A stretch of DNA of 64,000 nt, from positions 1 to 64,000 of the forward strand of contig CALBRH010000051.1 of the NCBI GenBank assembly GCA_937899865.1, in the 5' to 3' direction. A program made the position numbers and the translations under genes. Below, piece by piece: positions 9,370 through 18,957 of this stretch (the stretch's first letter is position 1; every line of letters starts with the position of its first letter). This DNA comes from an uncultured euryarchaeote (lineage in GTDB: Archaea > Thermoplasmatota > Poseidoniia > Poseidoniales > Poseidoniaceae). The notes under the pieces were generated by a model. That model had not been told where the DNA came from and did no database searches. It saw nothing but the letters and a program-made list of their open reading frames with translations.

Positions 9370-10353
9370 ATGGCTAAGATTGCAGTAACTGATGGCCTCT
9401 CTGCTGAGGCCAAAGTTTTGCTAGAAAAAAACGGTCATGAAGTAGTAGTAAAATTTTATGAAAATTCTGAACTTGAATTAGGCGTATTGAATGACTTCGA
9501 TGCGGTTATAGTTAGAAGTGCGACTAAATTAACTGCAAATGTTATTGCTAAATCTACAAGCTTGAAAGTTATAGCTCGAGCAGGTGTTGGAGTAGATAAT
9601 ATTGATTTGGAAGCAGCAGGTAATGAGGGAATTCCTGTAGTAAATGCACCTATTGCATCTACTCAGTCAGTATTGGAACTTACCATAGGACATTTGCTTT
9701 CATCCGTAAGGCACTTGCCAAAATCAGATCGTTCTATGAGAGAGGGAAAATGGGAGAAAAAACAATTGAAGGGCTCAGAACTTGCTGGTAAAAATTTGGG
9801 ATTAGTTGGTTTTGGAAGAATTGCTCAAGGAGTTGGTTCTATTGCACAAGCCTTAGGGATGACAGTTCATGCTTATGATCCATATTTGCCTCCAAAAATT
9901 GCCAAGAATCAAAATACACGTTTGCACAAATCGGTAGAAACTCTTTTTTCAAATTGCACTCATATCTCAATACATTGTAATCTCACTGATGAAACCCATC
10001 ATTTAGTTAACTACGATATGATTAGTAAGATGCCGGGTAAATCAAATGATGGAATACAATGTGGAAATCATGTAATCAATTGTGCAAGAGGTGGAATCGT
10101 CAATGAAGATGATGTTTTGAAAGCATTAAATGATGGCTCTTTAAGCACAGCAGCTTTGGATGTATTTGAAGAAGAGCCAGTACCTGCTGATTATGAATTA
10201 TGTCAACATCCAAATTTCCATAGCACCCCTCACATCGGAGCATCTACTATTGAGGCACAAAGAAGAGTAGGTTTAGACATAGTCAACAATGTCATGGCAG
10301 TGTTGTCGAAAAAGAAATGTGATTATATTGTCAATAAATCCCACCTGAAGTAA
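9370..10353 (+). CDS. D-2-hydroxyacid dehydrogenase, D-3-phosphoglycerate dehydrogenase-like (no ACT domain)
   Basis: [37 protein letters not shown]. Confidence 0.88.
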   Translation: MAKIAVTDGLSAEAKVLLEKNGHEVVVKFYENSELELGVLNDFDAVIVRSATKLTANVIAKSTSLKVIARAGVGVDNIDLEAAGNEGIPVVNAPIASTQSVLELTIGHLLSSVRHLPKSDRSMREGKWEKKQLKGSELAGKNLGLVGFGRIAQGVGSIAQALGMTVHAYDPYLPPKIAKNQNTRLHKSVETLFSNCTHISIHCNLTDETHHLVNYDMISKMPGKSNDGIQCGNHVINCARGGIVNEDDVLKALNDGSLSTAALDVFEEEPVPADYELCQHPNFHSTPHIGASTIEAQRRVGLDIVNNVMAVLSKKKCDYIVNKSHLK

Positions 10354-10397
10354 ATACAATATTAATAACCGTTGACTTCTAATCAACCAGTAGTGAT

Positions 10398-11513
10398 ATG
10401 ATGGATAATCCTAGAATAATTGTCCATTGTGATTTAGATGCATTTTATGCTGCAGTTGAAACTTTACATCATGGATTTGATGAATCAATTCCATTAATAA
10501 TCGGTTCAGACCCTGAAAATGGCAGAGGCAGAGGAATAGTTTCCACTTGTAATTATGCAGCAAGAGCATATGGCATTCGTTCTGCAATGGCAATTAGTGA
10601 AGCATGGAGGCGTTGCCCAGGGCAACCATATGGTAATGCAATTTACATTAGAGGAAGTCGAGGTTTATACTCAAGAGCATCACGTAAAGTGATGAAAATT
10701 CTTAAGCCATCAGCGCAATTCTTTGAGCAAGCAAGTATCGATGAAGCATATCTTGACATCACTGAACAGGTTGAAAATAACTGGGATAGTGCATTGGCAT
10801 TATGTCGTAAATTACAAGAAGAAATTATGCAAGTTATAGGCCTAAGTGCTTCATTTGGTATAGCATCAAATAGAATTTTAGCAAAGATGGCTAGTGAGGT
10901 GAACAAACCAAATGGTATATTTCGAATTCTTCCAGATGAATTGCCTGACTTTTTTGAGGGCAGAAATATTCGTGAAGTGCCAGGAATTGGTAAGAAACGT
11001 GCAACTCAATTACATGAATGGGGAATAACTACAATTGATGAAATGTATACCTATGGAGAAATTTCTCTTTCAAGAATAACCGGTGAGCGTTTTGCTGCAT
11101 GGATTACTCGTGTGTATGAAGGGCGTACATCAAGTGAGATTAGCCCACTTAGGAGCAGAAAATCTATCGGCAAAGAACACACATTTGATTATGATCGAGA
11201 AAATTATCAAGTCGTTTTAGAAAATTTACTTAGCATTGTACGTAGAGTAATGAAATCAGCTAGGGAAGTAGGCGTTTCAGGTAGGCTAGCAGAGGTGAAA
11301 ATACGCTATACTGGTTTTGAGACTCACACTCATGGCCGCTCTATACCAGTTACAATGGATGATGAAGAGGTTTTTGTCAGTCTTGCAGAAAAGTTATTCG
11401 CAAATAATGTTCAAACAAATAAAAAAATTAGGTTGATCGGATTTAGATTGGGACATTTAGATACTCCAAAAACCAAACAAACAAGATTGCTATCAATTAT
11501 TGAAGAAGAATAA
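10398..11513 (+). CDS. dinB: DNA polymerase IV (Y family)
   Basis: HCDLDAFYAAVE, NYAAR..GIRSAM, SIDEAYLD, little-finger RKSIGKEHTF. Confidence 0.95.
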   Translation: MMDNPRIIVHCDLDAFYAAVETLHHGFDESIPLIIGSDPENGRGRGIVSTCNYAARAYGIRSAMAISEAWRRCPGQPYGNAIYIRGSRGLYSRASRKVMKILKPSAQFFEQASIDEAYLDITEQVENNWDSALALCRKLQEEIMQVIGLSASFGIASNRILAKMASEVNKPNGIFRILPDELPDFFEGRNIREVPGIGKKRATQLHEWGITTIDEMYTYGEISLSRITGERFAAWITRVYEGRTSSEISPLRSRKSIGKEHTFDYDRENYQVVLENLLSIVRRVMKSAREVGVSGRLAEVKIRYTGFETHTHGRSIPVTMDDEEVFVSLAEKLFANNVQTNKKIRLIGFRLGHLDTPKTKQTRLLSIIEEE

Positions 11514-11515
11514 TT

Positions 11516-14014
11516 CTACTCAAGGCTATGCATTGAAGTTAAAATTTCAGTAAATTCTTTGAGATTTTCAGGGATTGTAACGCCGCTAATCGGTTGATTC
11601 AATGAGATGCCATTTTCCTTTTTAGTACTCCATACCTCTCCATTAAAAGATTGCAATTCATTAGTTATTGATCTTAAGTAATCATTTCTATTTTCATCAT
11701 ATTGCTTACCAAATGGGTTGCCAGGAAAACTATCGACATCGACAGCAGATTGACCATAAATGGTAGAAGAAATATGATGGGTAAAGAATGGGCAAATAGG
11801 ACTAAATGCACTCATAAAATCACGTACAATTCTATGGATTGTCCATGCTGCATTAAGATCTCCATCATACAATCTTGATTTAACCATCTCCAAGTAATGA
11901 CTTGGTAGTATGCCGGTTCCAAAACTCTTCAAGGCTTGAGTAGCAGTGTAAATATCCAAGTTAGTCCATGCTGCTCCAACTTCCACTAATACAGAATTAA
12001 ATTCATGCAAAATCCATTCATCTTCTATGTTCAGGTTATCTGGTTGGGATTCCAAATCGTCTGGAACATCAAATTGTGAAGCAAATCTTGCAACATTAAA
12101 CAATTTTGTCAATACTCCGAAATACCGTTGTTCAATTTCTTCTGGATTAATGTGGAAATCATCACCAACTTGTGCGTCACAAGCCTTCCATAATCTGAAA
12201 CATTCGCTACCAATTTTGTTAGCCTTCAGATTAACCGTTTTCTCGGGTCCTTTGACTTTCCATGAACCAGTTCTGCCACCTGCTCCACATTCAAGAACAG
12301 AATCAGCATCAATACCGTTGCCTAAGGATTTACTCATCTTTCTACCCCATGGGTCCATTCCTAAACCATCAATCCATACATGTTGGAATCCAGGTTTGTC
12401 AAGTAATAGGGCAGACTTTAGCAGAGTATAGTAGAGCCATGTGCGGACAATTTCTTTTCCTTGAGGTCTGAGTGCTGTAGGGAATGATTTTTCAAAAACT
12501 TCTGGGTGATTTAGATAACCACTAACGAATAGATTTGAATTTGATGAATCCATCCATGTATCAAATACCTTCTCTTCTCCAGAAATGCTTCCCAATTCTT
12601 TTGCCATTTCCTCAATTGTACCAACATCTTCCCTAGTTTCTCGACTAAGAACACGGCTTCCAGGTGGTGGGTCTTCACGCCATGGTTGAACATAAGTTCC
12701 AGATGGTGGAACAATCACATATTGTTCATCTTCGCTATACCAAATAGGTATCTCAGTATGGTACCATCTTCTTCTAGAGATAGGCCAATCAATGCTAATA
12801 TTATCCATCCAATCTAATAAGAATTGACGATTTCTCAATGGATGGAATGTAATTTCTTCAATAAGTTCTCTCATCCTATCCTGTATGTGAGTTTGCCGAA
12901 CATACCATTCTTTGAGCAAGATAATTTCAACAGGATTTTTACCTCGTTCAGAAACTGGTACCTCTTGATCCCTTTCTTCGATTTTGTCAATCTTTCCGTT
13001 ACTCTCTAAATATTCGGTAACTGCCTTCCTCGCTTCAATGACAGTCATACCAGACCATTGTCCAGCAAGTTCAGTCATACATCCATCAAGATTTATTGCT
13101 TGAAATGGGGTAAGGCCTAACTCTCTAAATACAGCTACGTCATTTTGGTCACCAAAGGAACAAACCATTAGGACTCCAGAACCGAATTCTGATTTTACTG
13201 ATGCGTGAGTTTTTATTTCAACATAACCATCTCTGCCGGAAACTGGTAGTGGCAACTTGATTTTCTTACCAACCAAGTGTTGGTATCTTTCATCGTCTGG
13301 ATGGACAACAACAACTCCACAAGCACAAATCAACTCGGGTCTAGTGGTTGAGATAACTACATTGCTACCATCATCAAGTTCCCATATCACGTCAATCAAT
13401 TTGGTTTTTCTTGTTAACCTTTCAACTTCTGCATCTGCAATCGTTGTTCCCTCTACTGGGTCGTAGATATTTGGTCGTAAATCTTCAATAATGGTTCCAT
13501 TCTTGAATAATTCTACGAAAATTGATTGAGTAACTGAACGATAATCAGGTGCATCAGTAAGGTATTCCCGATCAAAATCACAAGAGAGGCCAACACGTCT
13601 GGCAGTATTTCTCATCGCTTGTGTAAACTCTTCAATAGTTTTTTCACAAAGTTGTAAAAATTCAGCTCTGTCATAGGTTTTCATCTTCCTTTTTGTGTTC
13701 TTTTCTACAGTAAATTCAATATTAATGCCATTTCTATCAACACCCCATGGAAAGTATACTTCTTTACCAAGAAGTCTTTGAGAACGGGCAATAACATCGA
13801 TCATTGAATATTGTGCAACAGCTCCAATGTGCCATGTTCCAGATGGGTATGGTGGCGGTGTATCTATTACGAAAACCTCTTTGCCAGAATCTGGATTAAA
13901 ACCATATCTATTGGTATATTCAGCAGGATTTGCTGAATGCTCAGTCTGTATTCTCTTTTCTAGGTCAACAGACCAGCGTTTTTCATTAAGTCTTGGAGTT
14001 GGCATTTGCCTCAC
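11516..14014 (-). CDS. valS: Valine--tRNA ligase (archaeal type)
   Basis: DTPPPYPSG, HIGA (HIGH variant), CSFGD, WPISRRR, DTWMDSS, KMSKS. Confidence 0.95.
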   Translation of the reverse strand: MRQMPTPRLNEKRWSVDLEKRIQTEHSANPAEYTNRYGFNPDSGKEVFVIDTPPPYPSGTWHIGAVAQYSMIDVIARSQRLLGKEVYFPWGVDRNGINIEFTVEKNTKRKMKTYDRAEFLQLCEKTIEEFTQAMRNTARRVGLSCDFDREYLTDAPDYRSVTQSIFVELFKNGTIIEDLRPNIYDPVEGTTIADAEVERLTRKTKLIDVIWELDDGSNVVISTTRPELICACGVVVVHPDDERYQHLVGKKIKLPLPVSGRDGYVEIKTHASVKSEFGSGVLMVCSFGDQNDVAVFRELGLTPFQAINLDGCMTELAGQWSGMTVIEARKAVTEYLESNGKIDKIEERDQEVPVSERGKNPVEIILLKEWYVRQTHIQDRMRELIEEITFHPLRNRQFLLDWMDNISIDWPISRRRWYHTEIPIWYSEDEQYVIVPPSGTYVQPWREDPPPGSRVLSRETREDVGTIEEMAKELGSISGEEKVFDTWMDSSNSNLFVSGYLNHPEVFEKSFPTALRPQGKEIVRTWLYYTLLKSALLLDKPGFQHVWIDGLGMDPWGRKMSKSLGNGIDADSVLECGAGGRTGSWKVKGPEKTVNLKANKIGSECFRLWKACDAQVGDDFHINPEEIEQRYFGVLTKLFNVARFASQFDVPDDLESQPDNLNIEDEWILHEFNSVLVEVGAAWTNLDIYTATQALKSFGTGILPSHYLEMVKSRLYDGDLNAAWTIHRIVRDFMSAFSPICPFFTHHISSTIYGQSAVDVDSFPGNPFGKQYDENRNDYLRSITNELQSFNGEVWSTKKENGISLNQPISGVTIPENLKEFTEILTSMHSLE

Positions 14015-14142
14015 CGGCCCCTCACTCGTAAACAGTACGGGTCCAACCTGCCCACTACTTCCATGATATCAAACCAACGCCTCGTAACAATATATGTTAA
14101 TTTTACAATCATATTGTCGGTAAACATTTCAAGCGAGGACTT

Positions 14143-17100
14143 GTGGGCACATTAGGGAAGGCTATGTCAGATGGGAAAGAATCCACTGAACCATCGATGG
14201 AAAGTCGTAAGTTTTCCAAGCGTATTGCTGCTTTGGCAGAATATAGTAAATCCAAGATTCAAACTGGAGCTATTGATTTAACTGCTAGAGTTCGAGACTT
14301 CCGTGCAAAATCTGCTATTGATGCAGTTCTTGAAGCCCCAGACCGATTCAAACGTGAGTGGCAAAAGCATGGTGCTACAGGAGCAATTACAAAATATCCA
14401 ATTGCAATTATTGTTATTTTTCTTATGTTGACAGCATTTTTTGTTTCTCAATCAGGTTTCCTTGATGATACACGGTTTGATGATGATCTTGATAAGCCAG
14501 CATTGAATGTAAATGGAGACTTAGAAGTTTATCTTCCAGAGGGTAGTCAAGTTGCAGAGTTAATTGCTTTGGTGGAAGAAGACTGGTCAACAAATGTCAT
14601 GATTATCTATGTTGAATCTGGTACCCGTAACATTACAGATCAAAGAATATTACAAGAAATGAGTTATGTTGAAAATCAATTGAACCCTTACTTATCAGAC
14701 TCAGTCAATGATGACGTAATTTACATTCTGTCGCTCTCTACAGTACTAAAAGAAGTTAATTCAAGCGCACCTCGTGTCCGTGAAGCATTCATCAATGAGT
14801 TAGGCCAATTAGGTTGTGCAGCAGGGCAAGATGAATGTGCTAGTGCGCAGGCAGCAGAAGCATTGAATGATTTAATTGCCCAAACAGATGAGCAATTTGG
14901 AGGTTCATATGAAATTCCAAGTCAGGCAACAATCGACCTTGTTATTGGCGAAATGTATGAAGATGATGGTAGTCCTACACCAGGTCTTGATAAGCTTTCT
15001 AGAGACGTTTGTACTACAGGTGAAAGAGACTGTGGTGGCCCAGACGGCTTGCTTGATAGAGCAATTATGGCTGTAGCTGTTTCAGACAAAGTTGAAGCCA
15101 AAGACTTGATTGAGAGGACACAAGCACAGTTAGACCAATTTAGCAAGGAAGAACGATACTGTGATGATGTTAACAACGATGGTGTACCAGATCCTGAAAC
15201 TGGAGTTTGTACATGGGAAAGCCTCAACTTGACAATGACATTGACAGGCCCTGTCCCTATCACTAATGCAGTTACAGAGTTCTCTTTCAAACTCTTTTGG
15301 GAAATCTTTCCTACCGCAGTAATTCTTGTTGCATTAGGATTGTTTATTTTCCACTCAGATTTATTACAAACTGGAATAACAGGTATAAGACCCATTCAGG
15401 GCATTAAGGTGGTGATTATTGCAGGACTTCCCACATTGTGTGCGGTATTTTGGACTTTAGGTCTTATTGGTTGGACTAATTATGAAGTAACGATGACAGT
15501 AATTATTGTTGGACCGATATTGCTTGCATTGGGTGTTTCTTATGGTCTTCACATAACTAATCGTTATGCAGAAGAAGGTGGTACTAAATCAGAGAAAATG
15601 AAAGCATCGCTTTCATCAACAGGTAAAGCGGTATTTTTGTCCGCTGTGACTACAGTTATCGGTTTCATTTCGTTAGTGTTTACTCCAATGGCGCCAATTC
15701 AAACGGTTGGTATTGCATTATCAGGAGGTATCGTAATAGTTTACATATTGACTATTTTTATGGTGCCGAATTTGACGATATTACTGGATTTACGTAAACC
15801 AAAACACCCTCCTCTGAAGGCTTTTGAAAGATTAGTTGATGCTCCAGTAAAGTATAATCGGACAATTATTGGATTCTTTTTGCTGTTAATTCTTGTTTCT
15901 GCCACTCTTGGACAAAGCAATGTTGAAGAAAATATTGATTTGCTAGGTATGGCGCCTGAGGGTGAAGACCCTGTTATCAAAATGAAGCAATACAGTAGTG
16001 ATTTTAATGCTGGACAAATTGGTATGATTTTGATTCATGCCAATGTCACAGGTGATACTAATGACCAAGATACTGGCAATGACGATCCCGCGGAAAATTT
16101 GAAACGGATAGATCAATTAGAAAGTAAGTTGAATACTGTTGAAAATACTTCTGCAGTGTCTATAGTTTTCTTGATGAAATCTACAGGTATTGCACCAACT
16201 GTTTCAGGTGCTCAAATTTATGAATTCGTTAATGTGACTCCTTTGCCAGATGATATCAAAGAAACAGCAGAAGTTCTACTTAACAATGAAATAACCGCAG
16301 ATGCTTCTTTTTGGGATTTATTGATTCAGCCAGATAATTTTGGATTGCCAGGAACAAAGCAATCACAAATTTTCTTACTCAATGTGTTTTATGCATCAAT
16401 TACAGATGAAACTCGTGAGATTTTCATAAACAGCGATTTTGATAGAACATTGATTTATGTTGATATGCCCTTTATTCCAGTTGCAGACACAGCAAAAAGC
16501 GTTGAAGCGGTAAATCAGCATGCAGATTCGTTCCGTTCTGTTGACAGCGGTCGTGCCGAACATCTAACTGGAGTTGCCGCTACTGCTATTGAAGTCAATC
16601 AGTTGATTGTTGGCTCTCAATACACATCACTTGCATTCGCTATTATCCTAACTTTAATCGTTCTTGCAATTGTCTTTAGAGATATTCAATATTCATTTTG
16701 GACTACTTCTCCAGTTATTGCAACAGTGGCTTTGCAATGGTTAGTTATGTGGCAAATGGATGTAACGTTATCGTTGGTCACCGTTATGATTGGTTCAATT
16801 TTAGTCGGTGTAGGAGTTGATTTCTCTATTCACATATCTAACCGTATAAGAGAATTAGGCGGTGGAATAAATGCGATCAAGAGTGCTGCAATTGGTACAG
16901 GTATGTCATTATTTGAAGCAGCTGTTGTGACATCTCTTGGAATGGTTACCGCATATCAAATTCCAATACCTGAAATTAAGCCATTTATTACTGTGATTTT
17001 GATATTATTGTGGGTTGCTGCTGCTAGTGCATTGATTTTACTTCCAGCAATTTTTGTTACTTTGGAAAAGATGGGCATAAGTGCTGGTAGCGATTCAAAT

Positions 17101-17196
17101 GTTATGGCAAGAAAGTTGGGCCTAATTGTCGATAAAAAGGCCGACATAGACGTATTAGATGCAGTAATTTCTAATGAAGTAAAGGATGCATGGTAA
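14143..17196 (+). CDS. MMPL/RND-family membrane transporter
   Basis: Two repeats of TM + large extracytoplasmic loop + 5 TM; GVSYGLHITNRY and GVGVDFSIHISNRI. Confidence 0.9.
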   Translation: MGTLGKAMSDGKESTEPSMESRKFSKRIAALAEYSKSKIQTGAIDLTARVRDFRAKSAIDAVLEAPDRFKREWQKHGATGAITKYPIAIIVIFLMLTAFFVSQSGFLDDTRFDDDLDKPALNVNGDLEVYLPEGSQVAELIALVEEDWSTNVMIIYVESGTRNITDQRILQEMSYVENQLNPYLSDSVNDDVIYILSLSTVLKEVNSSAPRVREAFINELGQLGCAAGQDECASAQAAEALNDLIAQTDEQFGGSYEIPSQATIDLVIGEMYEDDGSPTPGLDKLSRDVCTTGERDCGGPDGLLDRAIMAVAVSDKVEAKDLIERTQAQLDQFSKEERYCDDVNNDGVPDPETGVCTWESLNLTMTLTGPVPITNAVTEFSFKLFWEIFPTAVILVALGLFIFHSDLLQTGITGIRPIQGIKVVIIAGLPTLCAVFWTLGLIGWTNYEVTMTVIIVGPILLALGVSYGLHITNRYAEEGGTKSEKMKASLSSTGKAVFLSAVTTVIGFISLVFTPMAPIQTVGIALSGGIVIVYILTIFMVPNLTILLDLRKPKHPPLKAFERLVDAPVKYNRTIIGFFLLLILVSATLGQSNVEENIDLLGMAPEGEDPVIKMKQYSSDFNAGQIGMILIHANVTGDTNDQDTGNDDPAENLKRIDQLESKLNTVENTSAVSIVFLMKSTGIAPTVSGAQIYEFVNVTPLPDDIKETAEVLLNNEITADASFWDLLIQPDNFGLPGTKQSQIFLLNVFYASITDETREIFINSDFDRTLIYVDMPFIPVADTAKSVEAVNQHADSFRSVDSGRAEHLTGVAATAIEVNQLIVGSQYTSLAFAIILTLIVLAIVFRDIQYSFWTTSPVIATVALQWLVMWQMDVTLSLVTVMIGSILVGVGVDFSIHISNRIRELGGGINAIKSAAIGTGMSLFEAAVVTSLGMVTAYQIPIPEIKPFITVILILLWVAAASALILLPAIFVTLEKMGISAGSDSNVMARKLGLIVDKKADIDVLDAVISNEVKDAW

Positions 17197-17233
17197 TCCA
17201 AATCTCAAAAGAGCGGGAACTACTGGCCTAATT

Positions 17234-17713
17234 ATGGTCGCCTATTGGTTAATGAAATCGGAACCTCATGTTTATCCATATGAACAGTTAGTTGCTGATG
17301 GCTCAACTCACTGGGATGGAGTAAGAAATTACCAAGCAAGAAATATGATGAGAGATGATATGAAGGAAGGAGATTTAGTTCTCTTTTATCACTCTAATTT
17401 CAAACCACCTCATGTTGCTGGAATCGCTCGTGTATGCAAAGAAGGCTATCCAGATTTTACTGCACAAGATCCAAATTCTAAGTACTTCGATTCTAAAGCA
17501 ACTCCAGACAATCCAAGATGGATGATGGTCGATATAGAACCAGTGATGCAATTAGAGCAGATAATTCCGTTAGAAGATATTAGAAATAATCCGGAATGTG
17601 AAGGCATGTTGTTGATTAGAAAGGGTCAAAGATTATCAGTTCAACCTGTTGAAGAAGAGCACTTTTTGGCTGTTCTGAGAATGGCTAAACTTAGTCTATC
17701 TGATTTGAGTTGA
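17234..17713 (+). CDS. EVE domain protein (THYN1-like); start moved from 17186 to 17234
   Basis: YWLMKSEP, WDGVRNYQARN, GD.VLFYHS, PRW.MVD, RLSVQPV. Confidence 0.93.
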   Translation: MVAYWLMKSEPHVYPYEQLVADGSTHWDGVRNYQARNMMRDDMKEGDLVLFYHSNFKPPHVAGIARVCKEGYPDFTAQDPNSKYFDSKATPDNPRWMMVDIEPVMQLEQIIPLEDIRNNPECEGMLLIRKGQRLSVQPVEEEHFLAVLRMAKLSLSDLS

Positions 17714-17717
17714 TTCA

Positions 17718-18932
17718 ATGGTTAGAGAACAAGTACCAGTTTCAAGTCGTGCTGCAAGCATAGAATATGCGATTAGAGATGTGGTTGTTCCAGCAACAAA
17801 ATTAGAATCTGAGGGTCACAAAATTCTCAAGTTGAATATAGGAGATCCTATTGCTTATCCAGGATTGCCAACGCCAAAACATATGGTTGATGCTTATGTT
17901 AAAGCGCTGAGAGATGGAAATAATGGTTATTCTCCATCTTATGGTTTACCAGAATTAAGAGCTGCAATCGCCCAAGATGAAAGAAGGAAAGGCTGGCCTG
18001 CTAGTCAAGATGATATTTATGTGTGTCATGGTGTTACTGAAGCATTGCAAATTATTTTTGCTGCGACTCTTGAACAAGGAGATATTGTATTAGCACCTGG
18101 GCCACATTATCCTCCTTACATGGCTTATCCCCAAATGTTTGGTGCTCAAACCCTTGAATACAAATTGAAACCAGATAATGGTTGGAATTTGGACTTTGAT
18201 GATATTGAATCAAAAATGAGTGAAGATGTAAAGTTACTTGTTCTAATTAACCCTAACAATCCCTGTGGTGCAGTAGTAGGAAAAGATGAGATATTTCGTC
18301 TTCTTTCGATAGCAAGGAAATGGCCAAATTGCGTAATTATTGCTGATGAAATTTATGATGGCCTTGATTTTACTGGAGAACAAAGAAGTGTGGCAAGTTT
18401 ATCCCCAGATGTTCCAGTTTTTGTCTTAAATGGCGTATCTAAAGTGTATTATGCACCTGGTTGGAGAATTGGATATCTTGGAATTCATGACCCAAAAGGT
18501 AGGATGAAACTTGTTAGAGATGGTATTGAGAGGTTACTTAGGTCAAGACTTTGTGCTTCAACTCCAGCTCAATTGGGTTATCTTGCAGGACTTGATTCAG
18601 ACCGAACTTGGATGAAATCTTATTCAGATAAAATAGTCCAACAACGAGATTTATGTGTTTCTAGAATCAATGATATTGAGGGTCTAGAAGTTCAATCTTC
18701 TGGTGGAGCATTTTACATGTTTGTCAAATTGACAGATCCAAAATGGCAAGATAACGATAAAGAATTTGTCTTGCAATTATTACATGAAGAGCATGTTTTA
18801 GTTGTACATGGTAGTGGTTTTTCTCCCGAACTAGGTGCTGGGCATTTCAGAATAGTTTACTTGCCTAATACCGAAATATTAAATGAAGCATTTAATCGAA
18901 TTGACCGGTTTTTAACAAGACATAGAACATAA
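17718..18932 (+). CDS. PLP-dependent aminotransferase class I/II (alanine aminotransferase-like)
   Basis: KLNIGDP, INPNNPCG, DEIYD, SKVY..PGWRIG. Confidence 0.9.
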   Translation: MVREQVPVSSRAASIEYAIRDVVVPATKLESEGHKILKLNIGDPIAYPGLPTPKHMVDAYVKALRDGNNGYSPSYGLPELRAAIAQDERRKGWPASQDDIYVCHGVTEALQIIFAATLEQGDIVLAPGPHYPPYMAYPQMFGAQTLEYKLKPDNGWNLDFDDIESKMSEDVKLLVLINPNNPCGAVVGKDEIFRLLSIARKWPNCVIIADEIYDGLDFTGEQRSVASLSPDVPVFVLNGVSKVYYAPGWRIGYLGIHDPKGRMKLVRDGIERLLRSRLCASTPAQLGYLAGLDSDRTWMKSYSDKIVQQRDLCVSRINDIEGLEVQSSGGAFYMFVKLTDPKWQDNDKEFVLQLLHEEHVLVVHGSGFSPELGAGHFRIVYLPNTEILNEAFNRIDRFLTRHRT

Positions 18933-18957
18933 TTACCGGAGTATTGATGAGCATAAG

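Noticed and set aside
13820-13831. HIGA instead of HIGH in ValRS as a sign of inactivation
   Set aside because: The ORF is full length with KMSKS and editing motifs intact; I recall similar PPPYPSG..WHIGA variants in other archaeal ValRS (unverified), so it is probably a lineage variant
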